A stretch of DNA of 64,000 bases from an uncultured Rivularia sp. (lineage in GTDB: Bacteria > Cyanobacteriota > Cyanobacteriia > Cyanobacteriales > Nostocaceae): the NCBI GenBank assembly GCA_963665115.1, contig OY762007.1:704001-768000 (forward strand), given 5' to 3'. The number at the start of each line of letters is the position of its first letter. The stretch's first letter is position 1. This document shows positions 10,046-20,873 of the stretch, piece by piece. The translations under genes and the position numbers were made by a program. The notes under the pieces were generated by a model. That model did not search any database. It worked only from the letters and a program-made list of their open reading frames with translations, and was not told the DNA's origin.

Positions 10046-10137
10046 CATCTTGCACCAGTTTCAGAAACCGGGTTTCTTTTCGTAAAAACATGAATATTTC
10101 GTTGTTCAATCAGCAAGAAACCAGGTTTATTTGAGCT
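10046..10137. repeat. Dispersed AGAAACCGGGTTTCT-type repeat element
   Basis: Reverse-complement homologue at about 39834-39907. Confidence 0.7.
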
Positions 10138-10234
10138 TATTAAGAATAGTGCAATAGATCGTTGTGATGGATTGTTGAGAATTTTGGACTTTTTATAAAG
10201 CTTTAAATTACAAATAATCAAGGTAAGTATCAAG

Positions 10235-12232
10235 ATGAAAAACATTGTTGATGGCAGAATTAAGTTTGTTATTTACAATTTGTTAGGGCAAGAGAAAGCT
10301 TACTATATTGCAGACAAATTTGTTTTAAATAGTTTGAATATAGAAGAACCTTTGGCTATTGATTATAGTTATCAAGTTTTTCTATCTGAAGATGCAAAAA
10401 TAATTCAATGTACTGCGGGAATATTAAAAGTTAACAAGTTGCAGCCAGAAGATACGGGAATAATTTATAAATACAAGCCAATTAGCAAAGAAACCTTCAC
10501 GCAATTAGAAGTACCAGTTGTGCAAAATCATCAGGCTGTTTATGTTTTTGTAAAAGCTAATTTAGCTGAAGGTAATTTGAATATTGCCAAATATGCTTTA
10601 TTCAGTACTTTCAACGAAAAATTAATAGCAAAACACGCTCAAGCATTAACAAATCAGCAGCTTGCGAACTTTGAGCGCGATATTGAAACAGCAATATTTT
10701 CTTCTGAAGTAATGCAAGAATCGGGACTTATTCAGATGCGAGAAAATGACAGTATTTCTTTATTAGAACTGATTCAAATTTTAGAATCACATCGTCACAG
10801 CATTATCGTTAACTTGAAACACTTACGAGGAAATTATCAGTACAAAGGTGTAAAAAGGCTGAAAGGAAGTCGAGATATAAATGGGCAACTAATTAAACCT
10901 TGGCTGAAAACAGAATACATTGATAACGGTGATTATGTCGAAATGGGTTGCTTTGAAATGAACCGCAACACCGCTACGATAAATATGCTGGTAACTCATA
11001 AAGTTAAACTTGTAAAAACAGAAGATGAAACCCCAATTATCGAAATTGCAGGTTTATTAGCTAATGATTTGACTAGCTATAACAATTATACGATAGTTAG
11101 CGACGGTGAAATAAATATCAAATCGCTAAAGGTGAAAATTAGCAGTAAGAAAACCTTTGATTTATTAAAGCAAAAAGGTGTAATTACAGCAGAAACATTT
11201 GACTTCCGCACTTGCCATACAATTGATTTAGAATTACCGTTGGTACCGTTGAATGGAAAATACAGCAACATTGACGGTTTATTTGAGCGGTTAGCAGAAG
11301 TAAAAATCCTGACGAGCATCATTTCCGCGCATTTGAAACAAGAATCGGATGCTTTTGTACCCGAGCAATTGGATGAATTAAAAAAGCATTATTTATCTAA
11401 AAATCTTTATCTCAACTTTCCGACAACTAAAGCTGGAGGGGCGATCGATACGCGAATCAGCTATAAAATTGATATTGGAAATAAAGATGTTCTCAACTTG
11501 AGTAAACTTTATTCTGCAAATAAATTCTTAGAAAGAAGATATGAGGTTTACGATACTGAAACAGGAGAAATTTTTAGTAAACCAACCTTTGAAATGACTT
11601 TGAGAGAAAATATAGCCGTTCGTCAAAAGTCGCTTTCACCCAGGATGAAAATTAGCAAAGTTGATGAATTGATGAAGCCGATTTTTGATGATTTTTTGGG
11701 AATTGTAAGTAATGGGAAGGTTGCGGGGATTTTAGCGAAAGTTGGTCATATTTATAATGGTAGTAGTGGGAGCATCTTGCTCCCTAGATTTAATCAAAGC
11801 GAGCAAGATAAGGTTATTTCTCGCGAGCAAGATCGGGTTATTTCTAGCGAGCAAGATCGGGTTATTTCTAACGAGCAAGATCGGGTTATTTCTAGCGAGC
11901 AAGATGCTCGCACTACGATGAATGCGAAATTAGGAAAACAAGAAAAAATTACAGCGTTAACGGTAGCGAAAACGAAATTGGATGAATATGTAGAGAAGAT
12001 TTATCGGGATAGAATTTCACCTTTGGTATTTTATATTGGCTCCACCGGGCTTTTACCCGATGGCATGGAAGGGAAAGTTATGAGTGCAATTCAACTTGCA
12101 GCAAAATATCCGAATTTAAGTTTTTCAAAGGATGAGGGAGAAGGGTTATTTTTTGAAGTTGGTGATAGTTTGATTGGGGTTTATGAAAAGGTTGAGTGTT
12201 TTAGTCGGAAGGATTTAGTCGAAGTTGGGTAA
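10235..12232 (+). CDS. Hypothetical protein with an in-frame REP-derived repeat insertion
   Basis: 665-aa ORF; (SEQDRVIS)n block encoded within 11763-11916. Confidence 0.85.
   Translation: MKNIVDGRIKFVIYNLLGQEKAYYIADKFVLNSLNIEEPLAIDYSYQVFLSEDAKIIQCTAGILKVNKLQPEDTGIIYKYKPISKETFTQLEVPVVQNHQAVYVFVKANLAEGNLNIAKYALFSTFNEKLIAKHAQALTNQQLANFERDIETAIFSSEVMQESGLIQMRENDSISLLELIQILESHRHSIIVNLKHLRGNYQYKGVKRLKGSRDINGQLIKPWLKTEYIDNGDYVEMGCFEMNRNTATINMLVTHKVKLVKTEDETPIIEIAGLLANDLTSYNNYTIVSDGEINIKSLKVKISSKKTFDLLKQKGVITAETFDFRTCHTIDLELPLVPLNGKYSNIDGLFERLAEVKILTSIISAHLKQESDAFVPEQLDELKKHYLSKNLYLNFPTTKAGGAIDTRISYKIDIGNKDVLNLSKLYSANKFLERRYEVYDTETGEIFSKPTFEMTLRENIAVRQKSLSPRMKISKVDELMKPIFDDFLGIVSNGKVAGILAKVGHIYNGSSGSILLPRFNQSEQDKVISREQDRVISSEQDRVISNEQDRVISSEQDARTTMNAKLGKQEKITALTVAKTKLDEYVEKIYRDRISPLVFYIGSTGLLPDGMEGKVMSAIQLAAKYPNLSFSKDEGEGLFFEVGDSLIGVYEKVECFSRKDLVEVG
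11763..11916. repeat. Inverted GTAG-REP pair enclosing a 24-bp tandem array
   Basis: GTAGTGGGAGCATCTTGCTCCC ... (gcgagcaagatcgggttatttcta)x~4 ... GCGAGCAAGATGCTCGCACTAC. Confidence 0.9.
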
Positions 12233-12461
12233 GTAAGTATCGCCGTCACCGGCTTATGGGTGCGGTTACACAAACGAAGCCCACCTGCGTGGGCTATAGC
12301 CTGCGGAGGCAGGCTTTGTAATTGTAGCCCCAGCCTTCTAGGCTGAGGGCTTTTATGGTGTAATTCAAAATCCCCATATCCTTGACAAGTATTAAGAAAA
12401 CACAATATATCTGAAGCAGGGCACAATAGAGAAACATAAGAGCATAAAATGCCCGCGTACA

Positions 12462-13608
12462 ATGAGTTACTGTCTTAATCCAAATTGTCCAAATCCGCAA
12501 AATACGAATAGTGAAAAGTTTTGCTTGAGTTGTGGTTATAAGTTACTGCTCAAGGAGCGCTATCGGGCGATGAAACCTATAGGGCAAGGTGGTTTTAGCA
12601 GGACTTTTTTGGCTCGGGATGAAGATAAACCGTCTCTACCTCTTTGTGTAATTAAACAGTTTTATCCGCAAGCTCAAGGTACTAGTACTTTAGCTAAGGC
12701 GATAGAATTATTTAATCATGAAGCGATGCGTTTGGAAGAATTGGGCAAGCATCGACAAATACCCGAACTTTTAGCGTATTTTACTCAAGATGATAGACAA
12801 TATTTGCTGCAAGAATTTATTGATGGTTTGAATTTGGGGCAGGAATTACAGCAAAACGGGGTTTATAGTGAAACTCAAATTCAACACTTTTTAAATGAAT
12901 TGTTGAGAATTTTACAATTTTGTCATCAAAAACAAATTATTCATCGCGATATTAAACCCGAAAATATTATTCGTCGTCAAAATCCTACTAAGTTGAGGGG
13001 GCAAATTGTATTAGTGGATTTTGGCGCTTCTAAAGTTGTCACTCAAGCTTCCATGCAGCAAACGGGTACGAGTATTGGTAGCCCGGAATATGTAGCGCCG
13101 GAGCAGATGAGAGGAAGGGCGCTTTTTGCCAGCGATATTTACAGTTTGGGAGTTACCTGCATACATTTGTTAACAGGGCGATCGCCTTTTGATTTATACG
13201 ATATTAATAATGATGTTTGGCTGTGGCGAGATTATCTCCAAGCTAGCATTAATGTGGATTTGGGCAGAATATTAGATAAAATGATGGCGACTACTCCCGC
13301 ACGTCGCTATCAAACTGTAGATGAAGTATTAAGAGATTTGAATAAATTACCGACTTTGATTTCGCAAACTGGGAATGTTGTAAAGCCAGTTTCCCACACC
13401 ATCCAAACCAACTCCACCAACTATTGTTTCATCTTCTCCGAGTCAAATAGATAAGGAATTGGAAGAGATGAAAACAGTATTTATGAAAGGTAAAAAAGCT
13501 CTTAGTCAAAATTCAGCATCTTCTCAAGGTACGCCACAATCAGCAACGAATAGCAAAATAGATGATGAATTGGAAGAATTAAGAAAGAAGTATGGGAATA
13601 ATTCTTAG
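12462..13608 (+). CDS. Ser/Thr protein kinase with 4-Cys prefix domain; +1 frameshift near 13390-13395
   Basis: MSYCLNPNC..CLSCG, GQGGFS, HRDIKPEN, DFG, APE; removing one base extends the ORF through IDKELEEMK..IDDELEELRKKY to TAG at 13608. Confidence 0.9.
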
Positions 13609-13817
13609 GGAATGGGGCATTGGGTGTTAATACTTAAATTTTATCAAATATTATTTCTATAAAAGCTTTTATTAGAACATTAATACATACCGATTATAAG
13701 ATTTACTTCAGTAATTACCGTACAAGATAAAGTTTCAGTATTGTCTCGGTAATCTCTTGAGAATCCTATGGTTAGCATGAGTAGATAAATATGTGATTTA
13801 TTGAAATTGTTAATAGG

Positions 13818-15113
13818 ATGAAATACGCAAAACTTTTATCTTTGAGCTTAGTTGTATTTACATTATTTGGCTGCAATCAACCTTCTGCTACAAGTGAGAT
13901 TGAGAATACAGTAGAAGCAGCAAATGCACCTCAAGAAGAAAATCCTGCTTCTCAACAAGCTGAAGACAAACCATCAAATGAATTTTCCTCTAATAAGAAG
14001 AATCCAATTAGGAAACAAATTGAATCGAGATTTGACTGTAATGGTGATGGAAAAGCGAATGGTGCGCGTATAGATACCAATGGTGATGGAATACCCGATG
14101 AGTGTATTGAAAGCGATGAAAAAACCAAATCAGTTATTGAGGAAACTTCTTACAATAGCGCATTAAAATCTTTAAAATCTTTAACCAAAGGTTGTAAAAA
14201 AACTGAGAAAACCGAAGGAGTTCGCTATTATTCAATTTGTAAAAAAGGCGGCGAGGTTGTAGAGGCTAGCGAATATAATTCTGAAGCTGGTGCTGGCTTA
14301 ACCTTTTGGTTCCATAACGGTAAAGTTGTCGCAGTACAAAGACCTCATAGTGAAGAAACTTTTGTTTACAATAATGGTAAACTTAACTCAAAGTTTATTT
14401 ACCCCAGAAAAGTTAAAAGTATTAGCAATCAAGATCGTGAGGATGCTAAATCCTTGTATAATGCTCACGAGCGAATTTTTGCAGCTTTTAATAATAACTC
14501 ATCTGGAAAAACAACAGCAACTCCAAAACAGAATTCCTCTTCTCAATACGGAACTTTAGAAGAATTAAACGCGAAAATAAAAAAACGTAACGGCAGAATT
14601 ATCGGCTCGGCTAGCTGCGATGGCGATGGAAAAGAAAATGATGTTCGCGTTGATTTCAATGGCGATGGAATGCCAGATGAATGCGTTACCGCGAATCTCA
14701 AAATACATCCATCAATTCAAGAAGAAACTCTTGAAACTGTTAGTGCTACCTTAAATTATTTGGAAAAAGGCTGTAACACGGCTTCTAAAAGTCAAGGTAA
14801 TTACGATTATTATATTTGTAAAAAAGATGGTAAGATTGTAAAAGCGATTAAATCTCAAAAGGAATCTGCTGCTTCGGTTATGTATTGGTTTGAAAATGGG
14901 AACCCGCTTGCAATTCAGAGAATTGATAGCAACTATAAAAACGATTTTTTCGTATATTATCCAGACGGTAAGCTTAGTTCAATATTTAATGTTTTTGCTG
15001 GCGAAGGTGATAATTCTAAAAGAATATTGAATTTCAATAATCAACAAATTCAAGAAGCTGGAAATTTGGTTAATAGTTATCAAGATATCTTTCAAGTCTT
15101 TGGCGTTAACTAA
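13818..15113 (+). CDS. Lipoprotein with an internally duplicated Cys/DxDGDG domain
   Basis: Lipobox LFGC; two copies of a CxGDG....DxNGDGxPDEC...KGC...ICKK...YWF/FWF module. Confidence 0.8.
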   Translation: MKYAKLLSLSLVVFTLFGCNQPSATSEIENTVEAANAPQEENPASQQAEDKPSNEFSSNKKNPIRKQIESRFDCNGDGKANGARIDTNGDGIPDECIESDEKTKSVIEETSYNSALKSLKSLTKGCKKTEKTEGVRYYSICKKGGEVVEASEYNSEAGAGLTFWFHNGKVVAVQRPHSEETFVYNNGKLNSKFIYPRKVKSISNQDREDAKSLYNAHERIFAAFNNNSSGKTTATPKQNSSSQYGTLEELNAKIKKRNGRIIGSASCDGDGKENDVRVDFNGDGMPDECVTANLKIHPSIQEETLETVSATLNYLEKGCNTASKSQGNYDYYICKKDGKIVKAIKSQKESAASVMYWFENGNPLAIQRIDSNYKNDFFVYYPDGKLSSIFNVFAGEGDNSKRILNFNNQQIQEAGNLVNSYQDIFQVFGVN

Positions 15114-15158
15114 TTTTATTTCAATTAAATAAAGGACATTTCAAAAGTCTTTAATATT

Positions 15159-15265
15159 TACAGCACTTTGCAGATGAACGAGGTACAAAGCTATATTCTA
15201 AAAGTCTTGTGGGATGGGCATCCCTGCCCGTCCGAATGTACTTCACCAAAGTCAAATATGCTGTA
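15159..15265. mobile_element. 107-bp TA-bounded MITE (TACAGC...GCTGTA), copy 1
   Basis: Bipartite 29-bp TIRs; same-length close homologue at 42703-42809. Confidence 0.8.
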
Positions 15266-15314
15266 ATTTGAAAAAGAAAGTAGAGAGCAGAAAGTAGAAA
15301 AAAGATTCATTTCC

Positions 15315-15514
15315 GTAGTGGGAGCATCTTGCTCCCTAACTACTAAAGAGCAAAATGTGCATTAACTCTAAAATTTCTTCCCTAACTACTAAAGAGCAAA
15401 ATGTGCATTAACTCTAAAATTTCTTCCCTAACTACTAAAGAGCAAAATGTGCATTAACTCTAAAATTTCTTCCCTAACTACTAAAGAGCAAAATGTGCAT
15501 TAACTCTAAAATTT
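15315..15514. repeat. Single GTAG-REP followed by four 46-bp tandem repeats
   Basis: REP at 15315; units start at 15334, 15380, 15426 and 15472. Confidence 0.9.
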
Positions 15515-18247
15515 ATTCACCAAATCCAACATCACCTGATGCATATCACTTCTGCCTTTATCTTGATACAATTCGGCAGCTTTTTGTAAATCGCTTTTCG
15601 CTCCTTGTTTATCCTGTAAATTATCGCGAAGTAAACCGCGCTTGTAATAAGCTGAAGGTAGATTTGCATCCAAATTTATTGCTTGATCAAAATCTTTCAG
15701 AGCAACTTGTTTATCAGTATTGCTGCGAATTATACCCCTTAATAAGTAACCTTGAGCAAGTTTTGGCTGTAAAGAAATAGCTTTATTAGCATCTGCGATC
15801 GCCCTTTGTTTTTCTCCTCTATCATGATAAACTCTACCTCTAACTACATAAGCTAAAGCTGCTTGAGAATTAATCTTTATCGCTTGATTGGCATCTTTAA
15901 TTGCCGCTTGTTTATTGCCGATACTGTAATAAGCCGAAGCTCTTTTCCAAAAGGCTTGGTCATTTTTAGGGTTAATTTCAACGGCTTTACTAAAGTCAGA
16001 AACAGCCATTTGTTTATTTTGTAAATCGTATTGCAGGCTTCCCCGATTAATAAAAGCTGATTCATCTTGAGGATTGATGGCAATTATTTGAGTATAATCT
16101 TCAACTGCTGCTTGATAATCCTTTTGTTTAATATGAGTAACTGCCCTTGCTAGATAAGCTGGAACATATTTAGGATTAATTTCAATCGACTTTGATAAAT
16201 CGGCAATAGCTTTCTGATAATTTTCCTGTTGCAAATAACTTAAACCGCGCCCTCCATAAGCGATATAATTTGTCGGTTTAATTTTAATCGCTTGGGAAAA
16301 ATCTGCGATTGCTCCTTGATAATCCTTTTGTGAAATGCGAAGAAAAGCCCTACCTTGATAAATATCGGGGTTTTGGGGTTGAATTGATAATCCTTGGCTA
16401 AAATCTTCTATTGCTCCCTGCTTATCTCCCAATTTATTGCGGATACCTGCTCGCATTCCATAAAATAAGGCATTTTTAGGATTAAGACTAATAGCTTTAT
16501 CAGCATCGGCTAAAGCACCTTTTTTATCTCCCAAATCAACGCGAATATTTGCCCGATGCATATAAGCGCTGGCATTCTCTGGGTTTTGATTAATCGCTTT
16601 CGTCATATCTGCCGCACCAGCAGCTTTATCTCCCATTGTAGAAAGAATTAAACCGCGACTTGAATATAAACTTGAATCTTGGGGATTGATGGCAATTGCT
16701 TGATTAATATCTACGAGTGCTTTCTGATAATCCCCTAATTGCCCATAACTAAGACTGCGTTGAGTATAAGCATAAAGATTTTTCGGAGACAGTTGAATTG
16801 CTTTGTTATAATCTCGAATTGCTTCTTGAATGTCTCCCGTGCGAAATAAAATACCGCCACGATTAATGTAAGCTTCAGCCGCTTCAGGTTGAATTGATAT
16901 CGCTTTATTTGCATCAGCTAAAGCTGCTTTGTAATCTCCTAATTCAATATAAATATAACCACGGGATGAATAAGCGCTAGCATTTTTAGAATTAAGACGA
17001 ATTGCTTTATCGAAATCCGCCAGCGCTCCTTCAAAATCAGCGACTTGTTGGCGTAAAGTACCCCTGCTTTCATAAGCATCGGAAGATTTAGGAGCAAGTT
17101 TAACAGCATAGTTAGCATCTGCAATTGCTTGTTTCAAGTTTGCTGTAGCTGCATGAAGAAAAGCTCGGAATGAATAATAAGAAGCTTCTTCGGGATTAAG
17201 TTTGATTGCTTGATTAACATCTTTAATAGCTGACGGAATTTTTTTTAATACAAAGTTAACCGAAGCACGACTCATGTAAGCAATTTCAGATTTAGGGTTT
17301 AACTTAATTGCTCGATTAGCATCACCCATTGCTTTTTTATATTCCCCAACTCTGAGATGAGCAAAGCTACGTTTTCCGTAAGCTGCTGAATATTTAGGCT
17401 TTAAACTGATAGCTCGGTTAAAATCTGTAATTGCAGCCTGCCAGTTATCATTTTTAGTGTTTTCTCCACCGCGTATAAAGTAATCATCTGCCGTTACCGC
17501 TTTGGCTATTTGAGGAGGTATTTTAATCCCTAAGTTAATACCTACTTCAGTTTGATTTTGTAAAAGCGTATTGATGGGAATTCCTAAATTAAATCCAGTT
17601 TTGATAAAAGCAATTTCAGGATTAACCGCAGAAACTTCGATATTATCTCGAATATCGGCTCTACCATGCACCCCAACTAATTCACCTTTATCGTTTAATA
17701 TTGCTCCACCGCTCATTCCCGGTAAGGTGTCGTTACTGTAAACCAACCCGTAACCATCCTTTAGCGGTTGGGAAGCATTTGCAGTAATTTCACCTTTAGT
17801 AAATGTATAAATTGAACGAGAAATCGCCGCCGTACTTTTAGGAAAACCAGCGATATAAGCCGTAGTGCCTTCTTGACAGGTATTGGAATCGCCGATTTTT
17901 GCAACTTGATAATTTTGATTGCTAGTAAATTCAGCAACAGCTAAATCAACTCCTTTAATTCGTTTGATACTGTTTTTATTAATTGGATAGCGTTGATTAT
18001 CCGGGCTAATAATTTCATAGTTATCTTGTCTTCCTACAACATGAGCGGCTGTAATAAAGGTGTAATTATTTCCTTGCTTTTTGATAATTACTCCGCTACC
18101 GTTGCTATTTGGGCTATTAACTAATACGGTGATTCCCTTCGCAATTTCGTTTACTCGCGGGGAAGATTGAGCATTAGTAATCTGTGGCTGTACTATTGCG
18201 ATTGATGTACCGATAAGTGTTGATGTAAGTAGATAGTTAAATTTCAT
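15506..18247 (-). CDS. Secreted trypsin-like serine protease with long TPR array
   Basis: Signal peptide, TAAHV / DLA / GMSGG triad, many 34-aa TPRs. Confidence 0.92.
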   Translation of the reverse strand: MKFNYLLTSTLIGTSIAIVQPQITNAQSSPRVNEIAKGITVLVNSPNSNGSGVIIKKQGNNYTFITAAHVVGRQDNYEIISPDNQRYPINKNSIKRIKGVDLAVAEFTSNQNYQVAKIGDSNTCQEGTTAYIAGFPKSTAAISRSIYTFTKGEITANASQPLKDGYGLVYSNDTLPGMSGGAILNDKGELVGVHGRADIRDNIEVSAVNPEIAFIKTGFNLGIPINTLLQNQTEVGINLGIKIPPQIAKAVTADDYFIRGGENTKNDNWQAAITDFNRAISLKPKYSAAYGKRSFAHLRVGEYKKAMGDANRAIKLNPKSEIAYMSRASVNFVLKKIPSAIKDVNQAIKLNPEEASYYSFRAFLHAATANLKQAIADANYAVKLAPKSSDAYESRGTLRQQVADFEGALADFDKAIRLNSKNASAYSSRGYIYIELGDYKAALADANKAISIQPEAAEAYINRGGILFRTGDIQEAIRDYNKAIQLSPKNLYAYTQRSLSYGQLGDYQKALVDINQAIAINPQDSSLYSSRGLILSTMGDKAAGAADMTKAINQNPENASAYMHRANIRVDLGDKKGALADADKAISLNPKNALFYGMRAGIRNKLGDKQGAIEDFSQGLSIQPQNPDIYQGRAFLRISQKDYQGAIADFSQAIKIKPTNYIAYGGRGLSYLQQENYQKAIADLSKSIEINPKYVPAYLARAVTHIKQKDYQAAVEDYTQIIAINPQDESAFINRGSLQYDLQNKQMAVSDFSKAVEINPKNDQAFWKRASAYYSIGNKQAAIKDANQAIKINSQAALAYVVRGRVYHDRGEKQRAIADANKAISLQPKLAQGYLLRGIIRSNTDKQVALKDFDQAINLDANLPSAYYKRGLLRDNLQDKQGAKSDLQKAAELYQDKGRSDMHQVMLDLVNKF

Positions 18248-18297
18248 TCTTATAGTTTTAAAAGTTGAGACAATGTAAAGGGAAGGGTAATTAATGA

Positions 18298-19492
18298 TTA
18301 CCGACTTCTTTGTCTTTTCGTCTGTTTCAAAATATAACTAGCTCGTCGTAAATCTTTAACTGCTCTTTCTTTTTTTCCCAATCTCAGATAACAAGAAGCC
18401 CTACCAATATAAGACACAGCAGCATAAGGACTTTTATTATCAAAAACTAATGCGATACTGAAATCAATAATAGAGCCTCTATAATCGCGCATCCGATTGC
18501 GAGCCATTCCTCTCTTGGTGTAAGCCTTAGAATTTTTCTTATTTATTCCTAATACTTTTGTGTAGCTCTCCTTAGCTTTCTGATAGCTCTTTAATTTATA
18601 AAAAGCATCTCCTAATTTCATATGAGCATCTTCATATTTCGGATTTAAGTTTACTGCTTTAGATAAATCGGTAACAGCAGCTTGATAATTATTATTTTTA
18701 AACTTGTTTCCTCCCTGAAGATAGAAATCATCGGCTTTGGGTTTTGTGGCAACGTTAGTAGGAAGTTTATTAACGTTAGGTTTAATATTCCCAGAAGCAT
18801 AAAGCTGCTTAAATGTATTAATAGGAACAGCCGCATTAAAACCAGTTTTGATAATAATATCGGGATTCATTTCGGATATCTGATAATTTTGAGTGGTATC
18901 TCCCCTACCGTGAATTCCAATTAATTCCCCTTTCTGATTCAATACCGGGCCACCACTCATTCCTGGTAAAGTATTGATAGTATAAATTAGAGTGTAACCT
19001 TCGTTTAAAGTTTCAGAAGCATTGGCGCTAATTCTGCCATCAAGGAAAGTGTAAGTCGATTGGGTAATTACTGCGGTGGGTTTAGGAAAACCAGCGACAT
19101 AAGCAGTAGTTTCCTTCAGTTGCGGTATCGGAATTACCAATCTTTGCCGCAGCATAATTATTATCATTAGTAAAATTCACAACCGCTAAATCAACATTTG
19201 GTAGTTTTTTGACACTACTAACAATATGACGTTGATTATCGGCAGTAACAATTTCGTATTTATCTTCTTTACCTACAACGTGAGCGGCTGTTAAAACGGT
19301 GTAGATATTACCAGATTTATTAATTATTACCCCAGAGCCATTACTATTCTTGCTGTTAATTGAAACAGTAATTTTCTTTGCTAATTGTGCAACCTGGGGT
19401 GAAGATTGCGCTTTTACAGATTGTGGCTGTATTAATGCGATTGATGTGCCAATTAATAGCGGTGAAAGTAGATGATTATATTTCACGATCAA
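18298..19492 (-). CDS. Trypsin-like serine protease-TPR protein, +1 frameshift at 19110-19112
   Basis: Removing one base restores EGTTAYVAGFP as in the paralogues; triad intact. Confidence 0.88.
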
Positions 19493-19507
19493 AACCCGAT
19501 TAAATTA

Positions 19508-20806
19508 TTAATTACTAGCTTTTTGTTTTAATTGCTCAAACAGATAATTACCATATTTTAGATCGGCAAGTCCCCCTTTTTTATCTCCAGAGCTAAAACG
19601 AGCAATTCCTCTACTTCCATAAGTAATAGCTGCAAGTCTGGTGTTTTTTTCAAATTGCAATACTCTGTTATAATCAGCAATTGCTTTTTTATAGTCTTTC
19701 AATTGATTCCAAGCAAGTCCCCTAATTAGATAGGTTTCGGAATTTACCGGATTAATTTTCAATGCTTGGGTATAGTCGGCGATCGCCCCTTTAATATCTT
19801 TGAAATTAGAGCGGCTGTATCCCCTTTTAATATAAGCTTCTTCATAGTTGGGATTTAATTTAATTGCTCGATTATAGTCGGCTATTGCATTTGAATAATT
19901 TCTTAAAAGCGAGTAGTTATAGCCTCTTTTAAGATATGCTTCTTCATAATTAGGATTTAATTTGATTGCTTGAGTATAATCATCAATTGCTCCTTGATAG
20001 TTTTGATTTTCAGACTTTTTACCACCACGAATGAAAAAGTCATCTGCTGTAAGTATGGAAGCCTGTTTTTCAGGTAAACTTATTCCTAAATCTACTCCGA
20101 CTTTAAGCGACTGTCGGATAAAAGTATTGATGGGAATTCCTAAATTAAAGCCACTCTTAATCACAGCAATTGCAGGATTTGCAGCAGAAACTTCAATATT
20201 AGTATCTCTAATATCTGCCCTGCCATGAATCCCAATTAATTCACCTTTTTGATTCAAAACTGCTCCACCGCTCATTCCCGGTAAAGTGTCGTTGCTATAC
20301 ACCAAACCGTAACCATCCTTTAGCGGTTGGGAAGCATTTGCAGTAATTTCACCCTTCGTAAAAGTATAAATTGAACGAGAAATCGCCGCAGTGGCTTGGG
20401 GAAAACCTGCAACAAAAGCCGTAGTACCTTCTTCGCTGCTATCGGAATTACCAACTTTAGCAACTGGATAATTTTTGTTACTAGTAAATTCAGCAACCGC
20501 TAAATCTACTCCTTCAACTTGTTTAACGCTGCTTTTATTAAGAGAATAACGTTGACTATCAAAAGTAACTATCTTATAATCATCTTGCTTTCTAAGTACG
20601 TGAGCGGCGGTTAAAAAAGTGTAAATATTGCCTTGCTTTTTGATAATTACTCCGCTACCGTTACTATTTGGACTATTTACTAATATAGTAATTTCCTTCG
20701 CAATTTTATTTACCTGATTTAATGCTTGTGCCGATACAACTTGCGGTTGTACAACTACAATTGATGTGCCAACAACTGCGGAAGAAAGTAAATAGTTAAA
20801 TTTCAT
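19508..20806 (-). CDS. Secreted trypsin-like serine protease with TPRs
   Basis: TAAHV, DLA, GMSGG; C-terminal TPRs. Confidence 0.92.
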   Translation of the reverse strand: MKFNYLLSSAVVGTSIVVVQPQVVSAQALNQVNKIAKEITILVNSPNSNGSGVIIKKQGNIYTFLTAAHVLRKQDDYKIVTFDSQRYSLNKSSVKQVEGVDLAVAEFTSNKNYPVAKVGNSDSSEEGTTAFVAGFPQATAAISRSIYTFTKGEITANASQPLKDGYGLVYSNDTLPGMSGGAVLNQKGELIGIHGRADIRDTNIEVSAANPAIAVIKSGFNLGIPINTFIRQSLKVGVDLGISLPEKQASILTADDFFIRGGKKSENQNYQGAIDDYTQAIKLNPNYEEAYLKRGYNYSLLRNYSNAIADYNRAIKLNPNYEEAYIKRGYSRSNFKDIKGAIADYTQALKINPVNSETYLIRGLAWNQLKDYKKAIADYNRVLQFEKNTRLAAITYGSRGIARFSSGDKKGGLADLKYGNYLFEQLKQKASN

Positions 20807-20873
20807 GCGGTAAATTCTTAAGTTTAATATCTTTGTTAAGATGCAGCACCCGATAATTGAACTGAATTAATAA

